DNA of 32,000 nt from Telmatocola sphagniphila. Its GTDB lineage: Bacteria > Planctomycetota > Planctomycetia > Gemmatales > Gemmataceae. The first letter of the stretch is position 1. Every line of letters begins with the position of its first letter. Positions 17,990 through 25,510 of the stretch are shown piece by piece. The stretch covers positions 2,130,001-2,162,000 of the forward strand of contig NZ_CP074694.1 of NCBI RefSeq assembly GCF_018398935.1, given 5' to 3'. The notes beneath the pieces were generated by a model. The model saw only the letters and a list, made by a program, of their open reading frames with translations, ran no database searches and was not told the origin of the DNA. A program made the position numbers and the translations under genes.

Positions 17990-18625
17990 ATGATGGACTC
18001 AAATAAGTCAAGACCTAATCTCGAACGAAGCATGCTCAAGCCTCAGCGAAGCAAGGGTAAGCTGCGCGTCGCTTCCTTGATGGAAGCGGCGGCGTCGGCC
18101 ATTGCGGAAAAAGGCTTTGAAGCTGCGACAATGGCGGAAATCGCCGCCCGCGCCGGTGCGCAGATCGGATCCCTGTATCGCTTCTTTCCCAACAAGGAAG
18201 TCTTGGCAGACGCCTTAATCCAACGCTACGGAGAGCGGATCGACGAGGCAGTCGGGAAGATTGAAGATCAGGTGGCATCGTTTTCGGTCAACGATTTGGC
18301 CGACAAACTCGTTGATTTACTGGTCGAGCTTCACGGCGAAAGTAAGGCCATAACCGCCTTGCTAGAGGCCCGTTCTGAGTGGTCGGTCAAGCGAACCGAG
18401 TTCCGCAAGGCCGCGCTGCGGCGTATAGCACAGATCCTGATGCTCCGTTCGCCGAAACTTCAACCTGATAAAGCCGACGACATTGCCGTTGTTCTGCTGC
18501 ACAACATGAAGACCATGAAGGCATTGACTCACGAACAGGGAATCGCCACCAGCCCCGGAGCACCGCAAGAACTAAGAGAGATGAATAGACTCTATTTGGC
18601 GAGCAAACTTGGGAAAAAGCCGTGA
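17990..18625 (+). CDS. TetR/AcrR-family transcriptional regulator
   Basis: The N-terminal HTH LMEAAASAIAEKGFEAATMAEIAARAGAQIGSLYRFFPNKEVLADAL is classic TetR. The start is ambiguous: TTG 17966, ATG 17990/17993 or ATG 18032. Confidence 0.9.
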   Translation: MMDSNKSRPNLERSMLKPQRSKGKLRVASLMEAAASAIAEKGFEAATMAEIAARAGAQIGSLYRFFPNKEVLADALIQRYGERIDEAVGKIEDQVASFSVNDLADKLVDLLVELHGESKAITALLEARSEWSVKRTEFRKAALRRIAQILMLRSPKLQPDKADDIAVVLLHNMKTMKALTHEQGIATSPGAPQELREMNRLYLASKLGKKP

Positions 18626-18856
18626 AGCCTCCCCGCCACAGGCTCCCGATCGATGCCCGGGGTAATATGAGGTATAAGTTTTGTCGATAGGGAGATTTGC
18701 CATTTCTGGTGAGCAAGTTCAATTCGTCTTGTTGCAAGCGGATTGACAGGATTTTAACCTGCGATCTCTTGTTCACCAGAAAAGGGGTAAAGCACTGAAG
18801 AAGAGAAACATGGGAACACTTGAACCCAAAATAGAGAGCGAAAATCTATTCCTTGC

Positions 18857-19027
18857 TTAAACGGCTGTCATTTCAACACTTAACCTCTGGAGGTGTTCGT
18901 ACTCTTCGTTAGATACAAACACCCCGACGGACTTGCTGCCACGCAGGATTTCGATGGGTTCGTCGCGAACCAGATTGAGGAATTCGCCGAAATGGGTCTT
19001 GAAATCGGTGGAATTGACTTTACGCAT
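18857..19027 (-). CDS. Phd/YefM-family antitoxin (orphan, 56 aa)
   Basis: Not in the ORF track because it is under 60 aa. Manual translation: MRKVNSTDFKTHFGEFLNLVRDEPIEILRGSKSVGVFVSNEEYEHLQRLSVEMTAV*. The pattern (v)…(e/d)fK..f.e.l..v….pv.I.r.gk…V(l/v)s.eeYe.l is the Phd/YefM N-terminal fold signature. Confidence 0.7.
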   Translation of the reverse strand: MRKVNSTDFKTHFGEFLNLVRDEPIEILRGSKSVGVFVSNEEYEHLQRLSVEMTAV

Positions 19028-19042
19028 GGAGCCTCGATGTGA

Positions 19043-19660
19043 TTGGTTGATGTGTTCAATCAGGATGACCGAGCAATTTATGATTCGCTTCCCGAGTTTC
19101 TGGCAGTACGGGAAACACGTGTTGAAGTTAAGCAGGCGGGCTTTCGCACCCGTATTATCATAGTTGCTTCGACGTTGTTAGATGCGGACGAGATTACCAA
19201 GACTGACCTGGCAAAACTATATCGCACTCGCTGGAATGCGGAATTAGATCTACGCTCGTTAAAACAGACTCTGCAAATGGATATCTTACGCTGCAAGACA
19301 CTGGAGTTGGTCCGTAAGGAAATTTGGACTCACATTCTGGCTTATAATCTCCTCCGCACGATCATGGCTCAGGCTGCCAAAGAACATGAAATCGATCCCC
19401 GATCGATCAGCTTTAAGGGAACCTTCCAAACGCTTGAAGCCTTTCAGCAAGTGATTGCGATGCATAGCGAAAAGAATTCTGAATTTCGCTGGGTGGTCTA
19501 TCAGTTGATGCTTGATGAGATCGCCAGCCATCGAGTTGCGAATCGACCAAATCGTTATGAACCGCGTCGCAGAAAACGCAGACCCAAACCCTACGACCGA
19601 CTCATGATGCCCAGGAATGAAGCCAAACGCCAACTGGCGAAAGGAGTTAGAGATAACTAA
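19043..19660 (+). pseudogene. IS4-family DDE transposase, C-terminal ~45% only
   Basis: Contains the Y-(2)-R-(3)-E signature LYRTRWNAELDLRSLKQTL plus a basic tail. The frame opens directly after a TGA at 19040-19042, and there is no N-terminal DDE half upstream because the antitoxin gene occupies that space. Confidence 0.85.
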
Positions 19661-19669
19661 GTGCCATTC

Positions 19670-19678
19670 GTCCGACAC
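19670..19678 (-). repeat. dispersed motif copy H, 9/10 (GTCCGACAC on +)
   Basis: Lies 10 nt after the IS4 fragment stop and about 84 nt after the stop of the minus-strand amine oxidase gene. Confidence 0.6.
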
Positions 19679-19761
19679 ACCTTATGTACGGAGCCACGAG
19701 CGCTATCGAAATCATCCCACCGGCCCAAAAATGAACAGGGTTAGGATTAACTTGAGAGAGG

Positions 19762-21171
19762 CTACAACTCCTTCCTCACTTCCTGAGCCACTCGCTGGCC
19801 CGATCGTACAGCTCCGTCCATATACCCACACCAGACTTCTGACGTCTCGGTCCCGGCCCAGTGAATATTTCCAATTGGCTTTCGCAACGCGATTCCGTAT
19901 TCGCTTAAAACTCCCTTCGGCAGCGGGGACACGCATCCAGTAATCCATTTATCTCCAGCCCAGTCGGTCTCAAAATAATCGGTAGGTTCCTTAGCCGACT
20001 TCCCGAATAAAACCGCGAGGTCTTCAATTACCGACCTTCGTCGAGCCTGGCCGTCCTTTGGTGCTTTCTTAGGATCGATGAAGATAACCAATACTCCTTT
20101 TGATCCATCCGGCGGTGAGTTGTCGAAAGTGATCCCCGCAGGGCCATGATCGCTGACGGCCAGCCCGCTTAACCCAGCCTCTCGCCAGAAAGGCTTCGGG
20201 TAGACAACGTTTACTTTGAATCCCGGCTCGCCAATCCACTTTTTCATTAGAGCCGTACGTTGAGCAGGAAGAGCAGGGTTAAACTCAATTCGGCGCGTGT
20301 CGGCCGGCATCATTGCCACTACCAATCGCTTTGCCTTCACGCGAACAAGCTTCGATTCAATTATGAGTACATCGCCGGAGTGATCGATCTTGGAGACGGG
20401 AGATGCCAGCACCAAGTCGTCTCCGAGTTCTATTGCCATCTTCTTCGAGAGGGCTTGCGGACCGCCCTTAAATCGTAGTTCCTGAGCCTCGACGTTGAGT
20501 GCGTGGAAGCTTCCTGCCGAGTGGATGTAAAAGAGGAACCAAAGTAAAGAAGTTTTCTCGGGCGGTCCAAGTTCCGTTTCGATCTCAAGGCCTAGCTCTT
20601 CGCGTGTTTCCGCCCGTGACGCATTCGTTTTAAGCCAGTCCGCGATGGTGATCGCGTCCCATTCTTTCGCTCTCTTTGCCGCCCACGGATCGGCCAAAGG
20701 AACTTCCTTGGCCATCGCGTCAAGTTTCGCTTTCACCTTGCGCATATCGGCGCTTCCACGTTCTTCCGCCGATGTGGTGAATCGAACACCAGAGACAGAA
20801 ATGATCGTCTTTCCTTTTTCGTACGATTTGAAAGTTTCGACTCCAAGTTCTTTTGCAAGACCGAGAATTGCAGTCTGCGTCGGACCAACCCATTGGCCAC
20901 CTCCTTCGACGACATGCCCTCCCCCGATCGAATGATCGAAGGTTCGACCCCCTACGCGATCACGTGCCTCGAGAACGCAAACACGAATATTGTGACACCG
21001 GAATTCACGAGCGGCTGTGAGCCCGGCAAGGCCCGCCCCAACGACAGCGACGTCTACAGACCTGGCGATAGGTTCTCCGCCGATAACTACTCCAGAGGCA
21101 AACGTAGAACCAATCGCAGCCTTGAGGAATTCTCGTCGAGGGGTGTTTGCAAGTTCGTTGAGATGGCTCAT
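19762..21171 (-). CDS. flavin-containing amine oxidase (monoamine-oxidase family) with Tat signal
   Basis: Twin-arginine leader TPRREFLKAAIGSTFASG. Dinucleotide fold VDVAVVGAGLAGLTAAREF…VLEARDRVGGR. C-terminal …IHWAGTETS…GYMDGAVRSG is typical of MAO-like flavoenzymes. Confidence 0.9.
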   Translation of the reverse strand: MSHLNELANTPRREFLKAAIGSTFASGVVIGGEPIARSVDVAVVGAGLAGLTAAREFRCHNIRVCVLEARDRVGGRTFDHSIGGGHVVEGGGQWVGPTQTAILGLAKELGVETFKSYEKGKTIISVSGVRFTTSAEERGSADMRKVKAKLDAMAKEVPLADPWAAKRAKEWDAITIADWLKTNASRAETREELGLEIETELGPPEKTSLLWFLFYIHSAGSFHALNVEAQELRFKGGPQALSKKMAIELGDDLVLASPVSKIDHSGDVLIIESKLVRVKAKRLVVAMMPADTRRIEFNPALPAQRTALMKKWIGEPGFKVNVVYPKPFWREAGLSGLAVSDHGPAGITFDNSPPDGSKGVLVIFIDPKKAPKDGQARRRSVIEDLAVLFGKSAKEPTDYFETDWAGDKWITGCVSPLPKGVLSEYGIALRKPIGNIHWAGTETSEVWCGYMDGAVRSGQRVAQEVRKEL

Positions 21172-21234
21172 GAAGTCGTACCCTTAAGTATCGTTCGCTG
21201 TTTAGAAGTTAAGAAATTGCATCCGCGAACTGTA

Positions 21235-21657
21235 TCAGATCCATATCCAACCAAGCACGAGTAATTCGAAATATACCCAGCAGTATAGCCAAGCTGGAAC
21301 CGCAATGAAAATTTCTAAAGGCACCCGCCACAACCAGCCGCCCGCTCGACCTACTGAGCGCCGAATAAGTTCGATCAGGAACGAAATGCAAGGGATGGCC
21401 AAAGTTATCATAGGATTGCCAACGTAAATCTCGATGCGCAGCACATGTTGGTTGTCCCAATCGGGGGATAATAACCAGGTCACAGGTACGCACAGGACCG
21501 TAGCGATCGCGAACGAAATGCCTGCCATCGCAACTCCGCGAACATGTCGCAGGGTGACAGCTTTGACTGTATACAGGAAGAGGATAAGTCCGACGCTCCC
21601 AGCTACGGAAAGCCAAAGGTTATGCTCATAGGACACCAACATTACCTCCGCCCCCAA
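21235..21657 (-). CDS. hypothetical integral membrane protein
   Basis: 140 aa with about four hydrophobic helices. No family recognised. Confidence 0.55.
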   Translation of the reverse strand: MGAEVMLVSYEHNLWLSVAGSVGLILFLYTVKAVTLRHVRGVAMAGISFAIATVLCVPVTWLLSPDWDNQHVLRIEIYVGNPMITLAIPCISFLIELIRRSVGRAGGWLWRVPLEIFIAVPAWLYCWVYFELLVLGWIWI

Positions 21658-21779
21658 CCAGATAGGACAAGTTCAAGAGAGTTGGTGATTATTGTGGTGA
21701 TGGATCTCAGGAGGTTCAATTCAGTTTTCGAAGGATAGGTTGCGGAAAATGGCACTGCATATACTCCCCTAACCTACGG

Positions 21780-21789
21780 CGGTCCGACA
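21780..21789 (-). repeat. dispersed motif copy E (GGTCCGACAC on +)
   Basis: Exact 10-mer between two minus-strand genes. The sense strand reads GGCGGCGTGTCGGACCGCCGTAGGTTAGGGG, and GGCGG/CCGCC can pair around the core. Confidence 0.9.
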
Positions 21790-21891
21790 CGCCGCCTCCA
21801 GTTGGAATGAAGAACTTTGTCCATGAGATCTGTGAACTTCCAAACGAACAGATTTAAGTATCAAATCCACTTACTCGCGACGCTTCAAAAG

Positions 21892-22176
21892 TTAACTTGA
21901 GCGATGCATTCTGTGGGTTCCTAATCCCGAAAGTCGCAATTGCTCAACCCACCAGTCTGCTCGATTTGCGCTCTGTCTATCAGCGAACAGCTTGGCCAAG
22001 TCCTCAATCTCTTGCCAAGCACCGTCCTTGTCGCCAAGTAAATAAAGTATCTGCGCATTTTCTTGCTTGGGTCGGAATCGGTTGAACCAGAAATGGGCGC
22101 GATATGATGAAATCCCATCAAGCGTATCCAACTCACTCACCAAGAGTTTGATGAAGTTGTTTAAGTAATCACTCAC
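21892..22176 (-). CDS. hypothetical protein; the 5' end appears to be supplied by the IS66 copy C terminus
   Basis: 94-aa ORF. The first ~17 codons, including the only usable start, lie inside the putative IS end (22124 and above). The remainder (…SSYRAHFWFNRFRPKQENAQILYLLGDKDGAWQEIEDLAKLFADR…) is flanking DNA without its own start codon. Confidence 0.35.
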   Translation of the reverse strand: MSDYLNNFIKLLVSELDTLDGISSYRAHFWFNRFRPKQENAQILYLLGDKDGAWQEIEDLAKLFADRQSANRADWWVEQLRLSGLGTHRMHRSS

Positions 22177-23699
22177 ACCCTGGCCAAGAGAGAAGGGGCT
22201 TTCTCTTTGGCAAAGTGAGCTTGGACGGCTTGTGTCATCCAGTCGAATGAATTCCGTTTCTGCTGTCGACAGGTTTCGATCACGGTCAGCATTCTTTCAA
22301 CGAACCGACTCCCTTGAGCCGATTGGGTTCCAAAGCATAACTTCCGCCAAATGACCGCGGGCCGCAAAGCCCGCTCGGCGGCATTATTGGTGGGCTCTAC
22401 TCCTTCGACATCGACGAACGTCCAAAGCCGAGCCCGGTATTTCCAGAGTTCGGAGCAAAAGCCACGCAGCTTCGGATCGAATTTTCCTCGCAAGAGCAAG
22501 GCTTCGACTTCGCTTCGTATGGGGATCATTTGTTCGCCGAACGCTTTATGGCTGAGGGTTCCGTCCCGAACGCGATTCCAGAGTTCGAACATCGCCCGAG
22601 TCTGTCGTTGCAAGTCGTGTCCTAAGCGTCGAGCGACCGGACAGGGGCGATCGATGAGGCTTTGGAAGTCGCGGAGCAAATGAGCCCAGCACCACTGCAA
22701 GCGTCCGAAAGCCCAATACATCTTGGCCCGGTCGCAGCCTAGAACGCCGGTAAATGAATCGCCCAGGAATTCGAGGACCACCTGGGCTTTGCGGCTGGTG
22801 CGGAGAGCGAAGACGCTGAAAGTCGCGGCTACAAAAGTCCAGGTCCAGGCTTTGGCGAGCCCTTCTTTGGTGGGCGATTCGTCGCCGTTGAGGACCGCTT
22901 CCCCAGGCAAGGCTAAGGCCAACTCCTGGTAGGGGCTTGCAAGGCTTCGGCGGCTCGGTTCTGCAGTTTGATCATCCAGGAAGCCGAAGCCTCCTGACCC
23001 AGGATTTGTTCCAGAAACAGGGCGCAGCGTCGTTTGGAGAGCCGGAAGCAGACCATCAACAAAGCGGACAAAGCAACCAATCGAGGCCCGGCCATTCCGA
23101 CAGGCACGCCTGGGGGTAATTCTCCGCAGGTGGTCTTGCCGCACGAACAGCGCAGACGATGGAGTTGATATTCCGTAATCGAAGGCTTGATTTCGGGAAT
23201 CTCCCAGACCTGATGACGCAAAGGCTGGGGATCTGTTCCGTTCAAAGGTTCGCCACAACGGCGGCATTCGGCCGGTAAACAAACAATGACGCCGTCGCAC
23301 TCGTGTGCGGAAACCAAAGAGCGTTCGTGTTTGGGATGCCCCGGTTGGCCGCCCGACTTCCGTTTGGCCTTCTTTTGGGCTTGCTTCGAAAGCTTGGCGT
23401 GGGGATGTTGCGTTGAAGGCGGCTTCGAAGAGTTGCTGGAATCCTTGCCGAGTTTCGCTTCCAGTTCGGCGATGCGGTTCAAAAGAATCCGCAGCACGGC
23501 CTGAACTTCCGGCGTTTGGCGAACAAGCCACTCTTCGCTGACACACTCCATGACCCGAGTATGAGATAATTAATTCCCCAGCGCAAGAGCAATTCCCGAT
23601 AATCTCAGGACGAGGTGTGAGCGGTTACCCCTAAGTCGTGAGGGCCAAAAGCCATCAGGATAACTCACAAGACAAGAACGGAGTTCACGGTACGGCTAC
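22124..23699 (-). mobile_element. IS66-family element with tnpC only (copy C), about 1.58 kb
   Basis: The left terminus, read on the minus strand from 23699, is GTAGCCGTACCGTGAACTCCGTTCTTGTC…. The right boundary at 22124 (GTATCC…) is tentative, and I found no matching 8-bp target duplication. Confidence 0.6.
22173..23551 (-). pseudogene. tnpC: IS66-family transposase TnpC with a single frameshift
   Basis: The N-terminal frame (22913..23551) has a leucine zipper, NSSKPPSTQ, GGQPGHP and a Cys-rich zinc-finger region. The C-terminal frame has LNGDESPTKE, VLGCDRAKMYW…LQWCWAHLLRDF and EPTNNAAERALR. The frames meet at gcccct (22925-22939 on +). One extra C would give …AAEALQAPYQELALAL…. Confidence 0.9.
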
Positions 23700-23729
23700 G
23701 AGCTCTTAGTGAATTCGATCATCCTGCTT

Positions 23730-24017
23730 TCAATTAATCAAAATATGGCTCCGATGCTGTCTCAACAACTGCAAGTTCTTCTGAGCCTCGGTATGATTCG
23801 GATCTATTTTCAAAAGCGTCAACAAAGCGGATTCCGCTGCGTCCAAATCTTCGTTCTGTCGCAACAGTGCATGAGTTAATAGAGTGCGCAACTGCACCGA
23901 TCGCGGAAATTCCCGGACTGCTTGCTCCAGTGAGTGTCTCGCGTCCGATAGTTCTCCTCTTTTCAGTTTCCCTCGGGCACTCCAAATTTCCGCCTCGTGT
24001 TTACACGGAGACGACCG
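23730..24017 (-). pseudogene. TPR-repeat protein, C-terminal stub without a start
   Basis: Manual translation gives …EAEIWSARGKLKRGELSDARHSLEQAVREFPRSVQLRTLLTHALLRQNEDLDAAESALLTLLKIDPNHTEAQKNLQLLRQHRSHILIN*. The sequence is TPR-like. The frame opens just after a TAA, and the only in-frame start candidates are internal GTG/TTG codons giving under 60 aa. Confidence 0.55.
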
Positions 24018-24058
24018 TTAGAGCATCGCCCATTTCGACCGGCGTTGACAATACTTGT

Positions 24059-24078
24059 TATATATATATATATATATA
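24059..24078. repeat. (TA)10 dinucleotide microsatellite
   Basis: Read directly from the sequence: ta x10. A consensus TTGACA lies at 24045-24050, and about 120 nt of very AT-rich DNA follows. Confidence 0.95.
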
Positions 24079-25100
24079 ACATCGAACATGAGGATTATAT
24101 AAAATCAATAACAATTTATTATTTTTGTTTATGGATTCTTAATATCTAATACTCAACTTCAGAATACTCTTTCCGCAATGATCAGTCAGATAAGTATTAT
24201 CGCTTTTTTTTCGACGAACCCCATTTCAAGTTCTGCGAAGGAATTGAGAATCGAACTGCTACTGATTTTCTGGAATACTTAAAGTGGCGAGTGTAGAGAT
24301 TTCGACAGCGGGGGTTCTTTCTATACTCAGGAAACGACTCTCCCTTCCCTCTCCCCCACCGGAGGTCGGACCGGGGCGGCACAGAATCTTCCATCACTTT
24401 GGTTGTGCGGGGTTCGATCGTTTCTGATGGGTCGGAAACCCTTTCGCTTCGGGTTTGATTCGCGATTCTCACTCGAATCCAGGAATAAAGGGGCCCTATT
24501 TTTATTAACGTTAATACAAATCGAATTTTGCTCTCCCCTGCCCCTCTTGGGTTCCTGAACTGGTCCGCGCGGACCTTCACAGATCTGTTTGTCGAAGCGG
24601 CTTTCGCGACGGCCCCGACTCAGTACCCGCGACGACCGGAGCCGGCAGACCGGCTCGAACCTTCTGGTCCGAAGCCCCTGCGGCCGCCGCGTACTCCCTT
24701 GCCGACTTCTTCCGACGGCTCGAGCCCCCCCGTTGTTCACCGCCGCGGCCCCGATTCGGACGGGTCCCGACCGATTTTCGGCGCGAAGCCGGAGGAACCG
24801 GGACGGGGCTTCTGGTCTCTGCAAGCCGGTAACGGGCTTCCGGGTGATCCTATTGGTCGGTGCGGCCCGATCGATTTGGGATCCTCTGTAAGCCCCCTAC
24901 CGAAGCTCGTCAAGAGAACTTTTTGGGCGACCACAATGTCAGTTATAAGACTTACTTTTCTCAGCCCCTCGCCGTCGCCGGGGATCAGAAAAGTCCCGCT
25001 CAAAGATTGATTGAACTTTTGGACCTCTCCGAGCCGAGTCGAACATACCGCTTCGGTGAAGGAATTGACCCGGTGGAGGCCCTCGCGTTTACGCCCGATA

Positions 25101-25510
25101 GGCGGTACGATCAGCAAATTACTCAGGGTGGAACGTCCGGGCGGAGGTGATCGCGATCTCCATGAGGGGGACCGGTTTCCCGCAGGAACGGTGTTAGCTC
25201 TCCTCGATTCAGAGGATTACCAGCGCGACCGTGCGGTGGCCGCCCAAAGGCTTGCACAGGCGGAAGCGAAGCTGGTGTCCGCCCAAGCCGAAGCCGACAG
25301 CGCCCGTAAGGAGTACGACCGCCAGCGTCAGGCCCTCGGGGCCGTATCACGCAGCGATTTAGACTCAGCCAAATCCAAAGCAGAAACGCCCGCGGCGAGT
25401 GTGAACACAGCCACCCGCGAGGTTGATGCCACAAAGGTGCAACTCGACCAAGCCGACGCCAATCTCGCCTATTGTCATCTGAAGATGCCCTACCCTGTTC
25501 GACACGGTCA
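25101..25510 (+). pseudogene. RND-efflux membrane-fusion (HlyD-family periplasmic adaptor) fragment
   Basis: …HEGDRFPAGTVLALLDSEDYQRDRAVAAQRLAQAEAKLVSAQAEADSARKEYDRQRQALGAVSRSDLDSAKSKAE…TKVQLDQADANLAYCHLKMPYP follows the adaptor pattern (EGD.V..G..LA.LD..dy, a coiled-coil hairpin, then L.yt.l.AP.dG). There is no proper N- or C-terminus. Confidence 0.7.

Noticed and set aside
18626-18856. Toxin partner downstream of the Phd/YefM-like ORF
   Set aside because: All three minus-strand frames were translated. Only short or junk frames appear (for example MFLFFSALPLFW*), and the listed ORF 18387..18776 runs antisense into the TetR gene.
22351-23541. + strand ORFs antisense to IS66 tnpC (22351..22683, 22723..22932, 23286..23541 and others)
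   Set aside because: They are shadows of the transposase frames with no independent support.
22116-23707. 8-bp target-site duplication flanking IS66 copy C
   Set aside because: The flanks at my proposed ends are catcaagc (22116-22123) and gagctctt (23700-23707), which do not match. The right boundary at 22124 therefore remains tentative.
24405-24480. tRNA-like strings: ggggttcgatcg, and on the opposite strand gatcgaaccccgcacaacca and actcgaatcc
   Set aside because: The 5-nt segments flanking the putative T-loops are not complementary. No acceptor or anticodon arms can be drawn, so this is judged a chance resemblance.
24197-25117. Several 100-165-aa ORFs on both strands (24197..24580, 24327..24824, 24528..25010, 24589..24891, 24737..25117)
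   Set aside because: All are Arg/Pro/Ser/Gly-rich and mutually overlapping, as expected for random frames in GC-rich DNA. No motifs were seen. Treated as non-coding or decayed sequence.
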